A stretch of 64,000 nucleotides of DNA, from contig NC_087436.1 of assembly GCF_036321535.1 (NCBI RefSeq), forward strand, positions 59,212,001 to 59,276,000. The letters are read 5' to 3'. How positions within the stretch are numbered: the stretch's first letter is position 1; the number at the start of each line of letters is the position of its first letter. Below, piece after piece: positions 23,651 through 37,287 of this stretch. The notes beneath the pieces were generated by a model that saw only the letters and a list, made by a program, of their open reading frames with translations, did not search any database and had not been told where the DNA came from. This DNA is from Camelus dromedarius. Taxonomy: Eukaryota. A program made the translations under genes and the position numbers.

Positions 23651-26370
23651 AACATAAAACTTTAGATAACTTGGCAAATATCTGATACTTGTACCATGTC
23701 AAATTTCTAAATATTAAAAACAATTGTTCATTTTGAAACACATTATTTTTTATGTTAAAAACAGTTGTATTGTTTTCATGATATAATCAAGAGATCTAAC
23801 TATGGAATGTATATAATACGAGATTTAGGGATTCAAGTGAATGAATATCATTTAGAGGAATGTAGAATAATGAAAACTTTTACAATTTTATAAAATTATA
23901 TTAATCAATTGTGCTCTGCTCTTTTGCCCATACAGTAAGTACAACAGAAACTACTGGAAATATTAATCTAAAATAAATTAGGCAAATCATAGGTTAATTT
24001 AAATAGTTGGTAGTGAAACAGCCATTCTTTCACTAGTACCTGTTCCAATATAACCTATTCTTAAGATATTTTTGAAAACCTAAAACTCAGTTTTCTCTAT
24101 TGTCCTGCAACTTAACACTCTGACCAAATGTTTCCATAAATAGAATCTTTTCCACAACAATACAGTAGTGAGAATTATGCAAATTAGTTTCCCTTGGGCT
24201 CACAGCGTGCCTTGTAAGTAGACTTGTGTACACTCTCTCTGCTGCCTGTTGACTCGCATTTCCCAAAGTTTGAGATATTTTAAACATATAGCACCAAAAC
24301 AAAGTAAAAAATAAAAACCTCAATTTTTAACGTAATTGAAACCTTAATGTTATCTTTGTGTGTCACAGTGTAAACAAACCCTTTTTTTCCTATTACTATC
24401 CCCAAGGCATAAAATATTCCACAGGTGTTTTGAAAGAAAATCTACTGTTTCTGTTTTTAAATTAATAAGGCTTTTGTATTAATAGCTTATATGCTATTGA
24501 AAATATAAATGACCTCTTTAAAAATACACGTATGTATTGTTTATGTCTGCATCCCTTTCAATCACTTTATATTTTAAGTAAGTGTATTTGAGCAGTTAGT
24601 GGAAAGTGAGCCAGATTTTTACACTAGCCTGCATTATACAGTTATAATCAATTCCTATGAGAAAAAATTCTAAGGGTTGAATGTACAAATATCTATAATG
24701 ACCATGAAATAGTGATCCCAACATTAAAATTATTATTTTTTGAATATTTTCATGATATGAACAATTAAAAATAACAAAATTCTGTTATTAACATCTGGAA
24801 TAGGTAGTTACTTGAAGGCCAAAAGTTTTGCCACTTACTGTAATATTTCTCTATTTTCAACAAAGCCATAATTTCAAGCCAAGTTAAATTGATTTTCTTA
24901 CCAAAAGGACTACATGTCAATTATTTGCTCAGGGGAAAAATAAACTTAAGTTTGCTTTCTAGATATATGTCCCATATTTAGAAGTAATTTGTAAGAAATG
25001 CATTTTGATACAGTCAGTATTGTAAAATATCAAATATCAAAAGTTGTGCAATATATTTTCTTCATAGTAAACAAGTTTTCATCACATATTATTAATATTT
25101 AAATAAGATATTTCTAGGACAATCTAACAGAAGATGCAATTCTCAATAATTAGAGTTGGGTGAATTGGGGTACACATAAAGTGGCCAAAAAGAATGAGGC
25201 TATATTCTGAAATTTAAAAAAAACTTGTTTTGAATTCCATTTTTGTCATAAATTCTGTTTCTTTACTATAATGAGAATCTTAATTTCATTACTTCACAGA
25301 TACATTTATATGTATATATCTCTGTATATATATATTCCAAATGAAGTTCTTATTAATCATAATTTTATATATTTTAAGAACAGTTCATGATTTTATTCCC
25401 AAGTGATTTCAACCATAGCCATTTTGACTTTTACTTCATCATTCTCATTACAAGACAAAGATACAGTCAAAGAATAGGAAGTAAAAATAATTCTCTGTAT
25501 TTTAAGGGCCAAGAATTTCTACCTGAACTGGGAAGATGTGCTTCAATATATTAGTAACTATCTTCTTTAAGCATAGTATTTCACTAAGAAGAAATGTTTT
25601 CACAACATAGGCAGCTTGCAAAGGTTAGGTTATAATTGTGTTGCAGATTTGTAGGGCAGGAAGAGTACAAGTGAGTTCACTACAGGTGGAGATAAAAGGC
25701 AGGAAGGTGTTCATTCACTGGCTCCTGCTTCTTTAATAATGCATGCTACTTTTTTCCCTTTTCAAAACAGACTCATATTTTTGTCATAGTGTAAAAACAA
25801 TGAAGTTCCTGTCTTATAATTCTATTATCTTTGTGCCACAAATGAATGGTAACATATATTATCTGAAGTTCAAACATTTATTCATAGCATAAATCTGTCA
25901 TGACTCTAGAACACAGTATTTTCCCAACACTTGACAGTCTTTTCGCAGCTTGCCAAATTATCCCTTTGTCCTCTAACAGAGCCCTGTAATAACATATTTG
26001 TGAAAATGATATTTGAGAAATGACAGCAAGGTTGATAAATTGTTGCTGGTTTATTGTCATTTCCTATTCATTTTTTCCTGTCCCATACCAAAGAAATGTA
26101 ACGGGAAATAGTTTTTCATCCATGTATTAGGAAATGAACCCAAGTCTGCATTGACTTTTAGGTGAGAAATTAGGTACAGGACTCTTGGATCATTCTGAGA
26201 TGCCAAGTTTGTGAATGGAATTATAAATCAGAGAGATAAAAGATTGATTTTTTATATTATATCAGCAGGTTCTAAAATCATTGAAGAAGTCCAATTATGT
26301 TCAAATGGCAATGCTACTATTTTAATTCAAATAGCCATAAGTATTAATTTAGACTTTTAAATAGGTTAAA

Positions 26371-26545
26371 TCAGTGGTTCACTAAAGAATCATCTACACG
26401 TTCTGTTAAAATACAGATAACTGGACCCTACCTCCAGAGTTTCTGATTTAGCAGTTCTGGGTTGTAGTCCAAAATTTGCATTTCTAAGAATTTTCAAGGC
26501 AATCTTAATGCTGTTGTTTTGGCCACCATGCTTTGGTAATCAAGG
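26371..26545. mobile_element. hAT-Charlie MITE (MER5A-like)
   Basis: cagtggtt...tgttaaaatacagataactggaccctacctccagagtttctgatttagcagttctggg...atttgcatttcta. Confidence 0.8.
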
Positions 26546-26864
26546 AAGTAAACCATTGACAGGCAGATTCCTTGGAAGCTGAGAATCACTTGTTTTCAAA
26601 TAAAAGACAGTATGAACTCATATGTCTTTTATGTATATGATAGGAAAGTATCTAGCCAGATACTGTCTAGATTTTTAGCCAATGTTTACTTAAAACATGA
26701 AAATATATGGATAACTATTAAATTAAAACTTTGTATTGTTACTCTCATTCTTTAAACATTCTATAGGATCCAAAGTTGATTCATTAACTCATTGATTTTG
26801 TTTAGGAAAGACATGTTCACTGACCCCAATAAATATTGTCAGCATTTTTCTATGCAGGAGGGAT

Positions 26865-27030
26865 GGAGGCTGGGGGTGAGCAATCATTTTAGCAAGGTTA
26901 GTCAGAGAAGGCCTCTGAGGGGTTGCCATCTGACCTGGAATATGTAAAGAAGTAAGTTACAAAAAGATCTAAGCATAGAGTAAGCAGCAGTTCAAGGTTC
27001 TGAAGTAAGAACAAGCTTGACGAAGCTGAA
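26865..27030 (-). mobile_element. L2 fragment
   Basis: gtcagagaaggcctctgagggg...gcagcagttcaaggttctgaag...aagcttg. Confidence 0.55.
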
Positions 27031-27962
27031 TAGTGTTTTTCATTTTGCCAAAAAAAAAAAAAAGCCATAAAAAGTGCTATTCAATTAAAGATTAAGATGA
27101 AACTACAGGTTTCAAAGAAAAATCAACTAAGAACAGTTAGGAGAATTTGTGAATTAATAACATAAACCTTTTCACAGAATTGAAGAATAAGACTCAGCAG
27201 TATTTACTAAGCGAGTGTGCTGAGGTTAAAGGCATAGGCACACCGGGGAAGATTCCAAAGATACGGGCTGACTGCTTGGGTAGAAGCACCCTGGTGCTCA
27301 TGTTACACTGCTGAACAAACTAGAAAGTCAGTCTATCATTTGCAACTGCAGGCATTCTCTTCCTGGAAATGGAATATTATTTATGTTTGCTCTCCATGAA
27401 ATTCTCATCGTGGCAGTATATGAGAAGTTCAATTTCAGAATAAATTACTTTTGACAAAAATGGAACTAGTACAAAATCAAAGGAAACAACAACACTGCAA
27501 TCCAACTGACTTCAGTGAGGCGCCATAAATCAAGACAGACCCATGACAGAGAACATGTCTTTCCAGTAACTGGAGAGTTCGAGGATGTCTCCACCCTGAC
27601 CTCAGCCCTGGACATTGCTGGAAATTTAACAATGAGCTTTTATTGTTTTGGCTGCTTTTCTCCAGCTTGTGTAAAAACCATCAGCACCCTCTGCCAACAC
27701 ATTCTTTTTTTATCAGATGGTGTATAACACAAATTAGTATGCTACAGACCTACATTTGCTAATATAGTGACACTTTCCTTGGACTCTACCTGGGTCACTA
27801 TGTTATGATTTTGAGGAATCCTCAGTCTTTAGCTTCTCACATATTTAGGGTTTGGAATGCTGCTCGTAGGAATAGCTAAACTCTTCTGTTATAACTTTAA
27901 AAACAACTTTATTTTTAGAAGGTCACCTAAATTTATTTTGGAAAATAGCTTGCCATCCCCAT

Positions 27963-28373
27963 TGTTATAGGCTGAATTTTATCCCCCCCACTACTAAATT
28001 TATATGGAACCCTATCAACCATTATCTCAGAGTGTGACTGTATTTGGAGAAAGGGCCTTTAAAGAGGTGATCAAGTTAAAATAGGACTGTTAAAGTGGGC
28101 CCTAATCCAATACAATTAGTACCCTTATAAGAAGAGGAAATTTGAACATAAAAAGAGACACCAGGGATGTGCGTACACAGAGGAAGGGCCCTGTGAGGAC
28201 ACAGAGAGAGGCTGGCTATCTACAAGCCAACAGAGGGGTTTTGAGAGAAACCAAACCTGCCTAAGCCTTAACCTTGGACTTCTAGCCTCCAGAACTATGA
28301 GAAAGTAAATTTCTGTCGTTTAAGCCACCCATTCTATGGTATTTTGTTATGATAGCTCTAGCCAAGTAAAACA
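27963..28373 (+). mobile_element. MaLR solo LTR (MLT1B-like)
   Basis: tgttataggctgaat...gtgactgtatttggaga...gggccctaatccaata...ttggacttctagcctccagaactatgaga...aaaaca. TG...CA termini. Confidence 0.93.
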
Positions 28374-28485
28374 CCTTATGTCTTCTGACTATGAAAGCAT
28401 CCAAACATTACATGTCACAGTGGTTGACACCATCTTCGAAACACTGCAGGCAGACAGGGCAGGGCAGGAGAGGAGAAAACAGGTG

Positions 28486-28543
28486 GGCAGGGGAGGGGAG
28501 GGGAGGGGAGAAGAGGGGAGGGGAGGGGAGAAGAGGGGAGAGG
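28486..28543 (+). repeat. (GGGGA)n-like purine tract
   Basis: gggcaggggaggggaggggaggggagaagaggggagggaggggagaagaggggagagg. Confidence 0.95.
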
Positions 28544-28637
28544 ATGAATAGCCAATAACAGGACTTCCTTTTTGTGGTAAAACAGAAATTAAATCAGATA
28601 TGATGACTAAGTATCTGTCTTCCTGTCTCTCTGTCAT

Positions 28638-28639
<2 letters not shown>

Positions 28640-28710
<71 letters not shown>
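28640..28710 (+). repeat. Compound (TC)n(CA)n microsatellite
   Basis: Read directly from sequence. Confidence 0.98.
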
Positions 28711-28713
<3 letters not shown>

Positions 28714-31700
28714 GCTAAGGGAAAAAAATATCACCTAATAAAAATGTACTCTAGGTAGAACAATGACCTCCAGATTGAGGACCTGCTTCTGAATTCAGTT
28801 ATGTTTGAGAAGACATTTGTAACATATTAACAGTTTTCTTAGAAGTAAAGAGTGTCAGATTTTATCATTTAGAATTAGGAATGGCATTCTAAAACAGTTA
28901 TGCATTAGATGGCAGTTTCCAACATGCTGAAAACATCTTCTGAATTTATGTGACATTTAAAAAGATGAAATAGGACTATACTCTTCTGCTACTCAGTAAT
29001 CCCTTGGACGTGGGCAGGGATCTGTGAAGTATTCTTGCAAAACAAAGTACATACACACGAAACAGTTCTGTCAGAGTACACAGAACAGAGAGACAAAAAT
29101 AAAGACTGGTGTCAATCTCAATGGCGTTTGGGTTTGTTATAGTGGAGAAAGTAGTGTGACAAAACATTCAATGAATGAAATGCTTTTATTTCACTTAGGT
29201 CAACTTTAACATTTAACAATACATCCTTATACTGTGGTGTTATTTTCATTTTATTTGACCTGTACATGATAATAAATTATCCCTCTAATAACTAGTAAAA
29301 TTTTCTATTAACCATTGTGCTACTACATTAAAATTACCTGAATTTGCTCAATATTATAAAAGCAACATGTATTTCCAAACAAATGTGGATTAACACTAGT
29401 AAAATAGTAAATATATCAGATTATATATACTATAAAGTACAAATGAAAACCCCACAAGGCTAAATATAGAGGAATTAGTTATAACATGTCTTTTTATATC
29501 TTTCCTAAATTTTTTAATTAAAAATGACTTCTAAAATTTGACTTAAGCAAGTTTCTTGTGGTATATACAAAGAACTGTAAGATTGTCGTATAGGTGGTGA
29601 GATAAAAAATATGTCTTCAAAAATTGCCCATAGTTATATCATTTAAAACTTTGATTTAAAAAAAAACTACAGCAGGTATATATTCGTACATATATCATAT
29701 TGCATACCCATAATTCATTGTTTCTGGTATTTGTTTTTGGAGTTATTAAACCAGAGCTAGAAATAAGATATTTGTATAGTAACTCAACTATATCTTGTTA
29801 GATTTTTATATTTTTCCCTCAATTCTTTTAGTGACTGATCTTAATTGAGATTGTCCAAAGTATTCAAATTAGCTTTTTTTAATACAAATAATTATCTTTC
29901 TATTTATACATTTAAAACAATTTTATATAACTAATTAAATGATATATATTTTCTATGCAAGAAAAATTACTTATATTTAGTATTACTAAAAATTTTTATG
30001 TTATCTTTTTCCACTAGTTAAAAACGTTTATGATGAGGAATAACTCTCTTCACATTCCATGTTTGCTCATTTCAAGGAGAAACTCTGCAGATTCTGTCAG
30101 AGCTGGTTGAAGTGAAGAATCTTGTTTCCCCTAATACTATATAATATAGGCATTGACAGAACACAAGAATAGAAAGTGTCATGAAACAGAGCAATTTATA
30201 ATGGTAGTAAGCACAACCTAAATGGGGTATCATCGATCACAGATTGTCATCAAAGGAAACAAAATTTGAGAAAAGGCATTCAATAGTAATTTACTTATCC
30301 ACCCATTTTATTGAAAGTTCTAGCTAAATTTTATGTGTTATGAATTGCCATCATGATGGAGAAAGACAACAGAATCATTTTCAGAGGAAGTAAGTGTAGG
30401 CAAATTACCTATTTATGATTTTTTTTTAAGTTTCCTGCTCTAGTTAATGCTGGTCATGGGATATGACCTGCTTCTGTGATACTGTTAAGGAAACAAGTGG
30501 TCAAACAAATCTGCTAAGACTCTTATCAGCTAGACCTGTCTCTATGTCTGTGTTATGCCAGGGACCTCAAAGAGCTGCAGCAGGGCCAGCTGGCAGACTG
30601 TGCCCATGAGAGTGTCTCAGTACTGGCAGCAAATGTAATGATACCAACATGTCAATGATTATGATAGTGAAAGATTTTCATCCAAATACAAAATTTGTCA
30701 TTTTTTAATTATGAGAAACCAATTTAATACAAAATTTTTCAGAATTTATTTTATACCTACAAATAGGATTTGGACATTTTATGTGGCACAGAAAAGCTTG
30801 TATACTTCCAATCAGTCCAAAAAAATCCACAAAAAACCAAACAAGCAAAACCAAAAAACCTCAGGTGGTTACTATTGATTGATCTCGGTAGGAAAAAAAT
30901 TTCAAGTGAGAACATTTTAGATTCTTGAGTTTCCTCTTTTCATTTTAATACCAATCCCAGCCAAGATATTTTAGTGGCAGTTATAATTGTTTTACAACTG
31001 CTTCGGAAGCTTGTCATATCACAGTACTTACAGAGATGCTATCATAATAGCCAGTCTCAAGAAAGCCTCAGTAAAGCCCTAAAATGAAAGTTTACCAGGT
31101 GGCAAAGTTACAAACTGATAAAGAACAAGTGAAATGGAAATTCACAAGGTAAACAAAAGCTCCAAGTCATTTAAAAACAATAAAAAACCAGGTCACTGCT
31201 TTCATGTGTGCCAATCTCACCAGAATTTTAAAATGAATCCTAGTAATTTCCTACTAAAGACTTAGTTAAATACAAATCTTTAGATGTTTTTAAGGCAATA
31301 TGGCAAAAACATATTGTTGTGCCAGACACACACACATAAATAATAATATGCTTACACATAAAGGCTTCTTAATGCTGGAGGTAACTTCAAGAGCCTCCTA
31401 AATCAATTTGAAGGGAAAAGAATATCACCACCGAGTGCTGCCAGCTCTAGTGAGAGAGTTGTTTACTACATGTAGCAAAACAAGCGGACCGTGGCCCAGA
31501 GGAGCACATCACGGCAGGTTCTTTAATGGCCTATCCATATTACCTCGTGACAACTGTGAGCCCAGCACCTCCAGATCTATGCTGCACTCCTGGGTCACCA
31601 TGAACCTGAGTGATCTCATCTCTTAGGTGCAGGTCTGGCTGTTTCAGCAGTCTGTGCACAGAGTCCAGCAACTCATTTGAGTAAATTATACTGATGGTAA

Positions 31701-34659
31701 ATGTATCAGATAGGTTTTTCTACAATAGAGTCTTTTCTCCTAATGGCGCTATTACCCTTCAGATTCAGTTATGAGGCTCCTGAGAGTTTTCTTGTGATGC
31801 TTTACATGTTACGTTCATATCTAATACCTCACTCTCTTGTCACCTTGTCACATTCTTACACTGGGCAGTGTGCTCAACTTATGGTAGGAGAAAAGGGGCT
31901 TTATTTTTCCTCATTTGAAAGATTTTGGCCCAATTAGCAGTATGATTTAGTTCTTAAGCAAATATTGTTGAAATAGACAAAATCTTGAAATAGAGTTTTT
32001 ATCCAGGGTACTAGAGAAGTCATGTGAGTAATATTTATAAAAGTAGACTCTTTGTATCAGATTGAACAGCTGCACTTTCAAACTGAAAGTCTATGATTTA
32101 ATTTGTAATTTTCCCAAGAGCCAGATTTGAATCATATACGTTAGAATGAGAAAGAGTGAGTTTCTTAGTCAATGAGCAAAAGAAATGAATTCATAGCCTT
32201 AGTACTATTTATTCTTCATTTGTGAAAGCATACATATTTTTGTGGGGGAAGGAGGGATTATATGTTCTTATTTGAAAATGGAAACACAGAGGTCCTATGA
32301 ATATTTCTCACAAAAATCAAGCAATTACTGGCAGATGGCAAAAATCATGAACACATAGCAGATATATCTTAATAATCATTCTTTCCTCTGAGGCTATATT
32401 CAACCTAAGTTTCCTTCTTACACAGCCCTACAGGTAACCATTACCAATTCATCAGAGCAGGCATGAGAAATCAAATCTATTTGGCATCCCTGGTCTACTA
32501 TGTAAAAAGAGGCACCGGCCAGGTCTTCTTTATTTTGGTATTTTCTTAATTACTTTAGTCTTCTACCATCTAAAAATTGTTAACAAAATGAAAGACGTTT
32601 ATTGCACTAGAAGAGAGCTAGAATATTTAGAAAAAAAGGCAATAGAGTTATTCTCAAGTATAAGTACCTTCTATATGAGCATATTAGTCTTTACAACCTT
32701 TTTAGAAACCTTTAATGTAAAAAATAAGGTGTTGAATGGCTGTAGTATATACAATACTTTATGGACATAAATATCCATTACTTCACTTCAAATTCAATGT
32801 TCAATTTAACACATGGTCTTACTTGCTGGGCATCTTCCAGGATTGTATCCTCAGTAAAATGCACCTAGAGTTATAATTTTCTTCAAAGAATTTGAAATTA
32901 ACCTTACTTCCTCTTTTAATATGATTTATAGATATTTCTATTTGGTAAATATCAGAGATTCAATGTAGTTTGGTTATGGTTGGATCTAATTTAAGTTAGT
33001 GGAATTATAGCAACTTATGCGTCTGTACACAGAGGGTGTTGAGTATTTGGTTTAGGTCAACTTAGGGAAATTCTCTGAGCCTTGGCATGGCTACCTTTGA
33101 CTTTAACCTGTTAAGCACACCTTCCAAAATGATGTCAAGGACAAGACAGAGAAAAATGATTGCCAATTTCAACACAAAAAAACAGAATGAACACACACTA
33201 GTTGGCAATTCAGTTTCTAAAAGACTACTTAAACTGAACCAAAGGTCTTCCTTAAAGGTATTATTAGAAAAATATTGTATGAATTGTATGAAGTTCCACC
33301 TTTTCCTAGAGTCATAACATTTTTAAAAGCTATGCTCTATTGAAGGGATTTTTTGAAGCACTTCATGTCTTACTGTTACTTTATTTCACAGTGAGCCAGT
33401 GGGATTTCTCAGTTGAAATGTCAGGTTTATAATTAGGATTCCTATGATTCAAAGTTTATCTTGCCTGAAGACATGAGTAGCTTTTCAAAGATTTGAAATC
33501 TCTAATACATCAATTAGATAAGTCTTCATTGAATTTTTCAAGTTATAAATTAATTTTATACTTTTTCCTTTTGAACTTTTTAAATAAAAATAAACTATTT
33601 TGAAGAGAGAGCTTTAAGATTTGTAAAGCAAAACCTGTAAGACTGAATCATTTATTTAGATAAGAGTTGGAATTTTGCCTACTTTCCCTTAAGATTGAGG
33701 GCAATAACTATTATAATAGCCTAAGCATTATCACTGAGACAGGAATCAATCATTTACATTTTAAGATGTATTAATCCTTCAATATAACTTTTTATTTTTG
33801 TGATGTTTCTATTACCTAGAGCAGTGTTGCATCTCCCTCAAATTGATTTATTCCTTTTTTAGTTACAGAATTAAGTACATTATTTAAAATATAAAGTTTC
33901 AATAATTTTTATGATTAACTCTAAATAGAAACTTTTAAATATGAGAACATATATGTAATCAAAACAAAACAAAAAAACCCTCATTTCTTGGATGACTAAT
34001 AAAATCCACTACTGTGATTTCTTCCCTTTCATCATATAAACTATTCCCAAGGTCATAACACTGTTTTATTACCTTCATATTTTCCTTTATTTTGTAGAAA
34101 TGTTTAGCAAAAATAAAATGTAAAGTTTCAGAAAATAATTTCAATATCTGATATATACAAAATATACTGACTTTTATTTGAATAAAATATTGTAAACAAA
34201 TAAAGGATCTAAATTGTCTGAGAAGGAGGGAACTAGGTCAATTAAAATTTTTCTCTTTCAATGAAAGGGTGAAAAATCTCACTTATTCAGGATTTTTATT
34301 ACTTCAGAATTCATGACAATTAGGGCAATGACTAGATTGAAGTTTATAGTTAAATTATCTCCAAAGAAAAATTTCACTCTTTACCATAGTCAACTTTCCT
34401 CTCTATATTTTCATCCTGTTATGAGTATACTTTTGTTTTAGTAAGCATCAGTAGGACCCTGACATTGTAATTTATGATTAAGTAAGTTAAATTGATGATA
34501 TAGATGATAAAAATGCTCTTAACTTGTCCATAATTAGTGCATTTTCACCAGTTGCCTGCTTCCCCTTTGGTTTACTCTACAAATAGACTGTACTCCCAGA
34601 CGGAAAGACGGCTACACTTCTGCTGTATATTTGGGTCTGCTACATGTATGCTCAGAATG

Positions 34660-34800
34660 TGTTTAGTTATTTGTTCAAAAATAGTTATCAAGGACTATTC
34701 TTTTGAACAGTACTGTGTTAGACTGTAGGGGACCCAACAATAAAGCAGACAAAATCTATGGCTCAAGGTGCTGCTATTCTAACTGTGAATCAATCCAAAA
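34660..34800 (-). mobile_element. L2 3' fragment
   Basis: atttgttcaaaaatagttatcaaggactat...gtactgtgttagactgtagggga...aagcagacaaaatc. Confidence 0.55.
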
Positions 34801-34989
34801 AATATGTTTATATTATCTAGTCATAAAACTCTCCACAAAAATCTACAGAAGTGCAGCTGATCCAAATGGAAGGGGTGATAGTAAAGATCCCAATACAGGT
34901 GTGATGAAAGGACCTACTATGAAGGAGTTTAACAACGCAAAGATTGTTTGTTGTTCCACGATTGTATTTTTTTCTTAATAAAGCATACA

Positions 34990-35390
34990 TTTAGTTCATC
35001 TTTTAGGATCAAACTCTTTGTGTTCAAATCTCACCTGTACAATTTTCCACCTGTATGATCTTAGATGCTTTAACATTTTTTAAAGTATAGTGTACTTACA
35101 ATATTTTATTAGTTTCTGGTGTACAACATACTGATTCAATATTTTATAGGTTATATTCCATTTAAAGTTATCATAAAATATTAGTTATATTCCCTGTGCT
35201 GTATGATATATCCTTTCTTTACTAACATTTTGTCTCTTAGTTTTTCTCAACTGTAAAATAGGATTCAAGTAGTGGTAATCTCCCTGGGTTGTAGAGACTA
35301 ATGAGATACTGTAAATTCTAAGTAACACATTGATATAGATTTTGACACATGACAAGTACTCAATAAATGTTACCTATTATCATCATTATC
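34990..35390 (+). mobile_element. MIR split by an L1 3' tip
   Basis: gtgttcaaatctcacct...ctgtatgatcttag at ~35020-35070 resumes as tctcttagtttttctcaactgtaaaatagg...aagtactcaataaatgttacctattat. Confidence 0.8.
35080..35222 (-). mobile_element. Short L1 3' end (cetartiodactyl type)
   Basis: aagtatagtgtacttacaatattttattagtttctggtgtacaacata...tattccctgtgctgta. TSD taacatttt at 35071-35079 and 35223-35231. Confidence 0.88.
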
Positions 35391-36229
35391 ACATGGGCTG
35401 TTAATAAAATATTTTCACATTCTTCAGTGTCCTGGCTTTCTCAATAAATTGTGCTGAAAACTTGAGATCCTGGGCAAGGAGCAAACCTTGAGAAGTGAAT
35501 TTACAATGTATGGATAGTGAGAGAACTCAAGAGAGATTTACCTCACTCAGGATGTATGTGTTTGTATTTCAAGAAACCCAGGATCATGGAGACATCTCCA
35601 GGTGTATTAAGACAGTGACAGTGGGGCTGACATGGCCATTGGAGAGATACACATTCCAAAAGGTATGAGTGAGAATCCGTTATTCTTTTATCATCTCCAA
35701 GGAACAGGAATTTTTCTCCTTCCTTTTTTGGATATGTGCAGAAGGTAGCAGATTGGATACTTTTTTTTTTTTCCATCTTCTCACCTATGGAGTGTGAGGC
35801 CCTTTACACAGTTCATGTCACTATGTGTGCTACAGGAGAAGCACGGTAACAGCAGTCAGCACAACTATTAATTTGTCTCTAATCCAGAACATCTTGGGTG
35901 CATATTTGGGATAAAATGAATAAAGATGATTAGCCCAAACCCAACAAGCATCATCATTATCATCATCATCATCATTGCACAGAATAGCTACAATCTAGCT
36001 GCTAGATATGCCCAAACCCACTTTTCCTTCCTGTGTACAGGGCGGGACTGTATTTTCTAGCCTTTGTTGCACATCAATACAGCCATAAGACTAAGTCTTG
36101 GCCAACAGAATATGGGCAGAAATGAATGCCGCCTCCAGGCCCGTAAAACCTACTCTTCAACTCTCTACATATATTCTCTTCTTTCATCTGCTAGATGAAA
36201 ATAGTAAATCCAATAAAAAACTCTGAAAT

Positions 36230-37287
36230 TGTTAGAGCAGGCAGATAGCTAGATATGAGCAGAGAAAGAGGGCCACAGGTCAAATGGCAGGAAACCATAC
36301 ATCTTGTAAACAATGGGGGTCCTCAGTCAGACAAAGCAAAGCAGGAATCCTGGACTGACAAGAAACCACATATTTTGGAGTGATAAGGGTCCTGGAGGCA
36401 GACAAAGAAAGGCGGAAAAAGGTGGGAATCTCTGCCATCTAAATGTAACCTTCTGCTCATTATACCCTCATTACAATAAAATTAGCCTTGCTGACAAGAA
36501 GTACCCATTATGCACCGACACCATGATACTTCTGATCCAGACTAAATAAAGACAAAAATCCGTCCTCCCCTTGGGAAGATGTAACTGGGATGAAAATCAG
36601 GGAATACAACCCCAAACTCCTCTCTCCCCAGTGAATATCTTCCCATTCAGTTTTACACACCACATAACCAGCTTGCCAAAGAAACTCAGCACAGTTATTC
36701 ACTGGGTCTGCCCGCTGTCCTTTTGAGAGTGTCCTATCACTTAATAAATCCTTAACTTTACTTTCTTGACCTCCGTGTTTTGTCTCTGAATTCTTTCTGA
36801 GATGTGACCGTTACGGAAACGACAGGCCAGTCAAGAAACAAGCACCACTCGGAGGGTTGGAGTACTCAGATGTATTACGCCAGCGGGCTCAGAGGGGCTT
36901 CTGCTCCAAAGCTCTGAGCACCTTCAAGATGTGCACATGAGGTTTTATAGGGTAAAGTACAAGCTTGGGGGTATTTGGCCAATAGGCATGGAACAGCTTT
37001 AGCAGCATTATCATCACAAAAGTGGAGGCGGGAAGCAGCAAACCAACATTCCAAAGCCAGATATGTATCTTTGAAAATCCAGCTGGCTAGCAAAAACACA
37101 TAAACAGCAAACCAACACTAATTAACCTAGATTTACAAGTCAGTCCAGCAGAACTCAGATCAGTATTCCAATACTTAGACTTGTTAGCCCAGCCCAGCCT
37201 CTCCTTCACATTCCTAGACTTATGAGATATTTTGTCAGACCAGCCTGGTTTTTCCTTCACACGACAAGAACCTACTCTCTGGTAACA
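36230..37287 (+). mobile_element. ERV1 solo LTR (MER50/MER83-like), itself interrupted
   Basis: Starts tgttagagcaggcagatagctagatatgagcag and ends ctctctggtaaca. TSD aaat at 36226-36229 and 37288-37291. AATAAA at 36743. Confidence 0.88.
36809..37261 (-). mobile_element. Young-looking solo LTR (4-bp TSD, ERV1-like), innermost element
   Basis: Minus strand starts tgtgaagg and ends ...ccgtaacg. TATA-like ctataaaa (complement at 36943-36950). TSD tgac/cgac at 36805-36808 and 37262-37265. Several CpGs retained. Confidence 0.85.

Noticed and set aside
35574..35662. + strand exon (tatttcaag| ... aaag|gtatga)
   Set aside because: One open frame of about 29 unrecognised codons. Splice-site pairs of this quality are common by chance in 64 kb.
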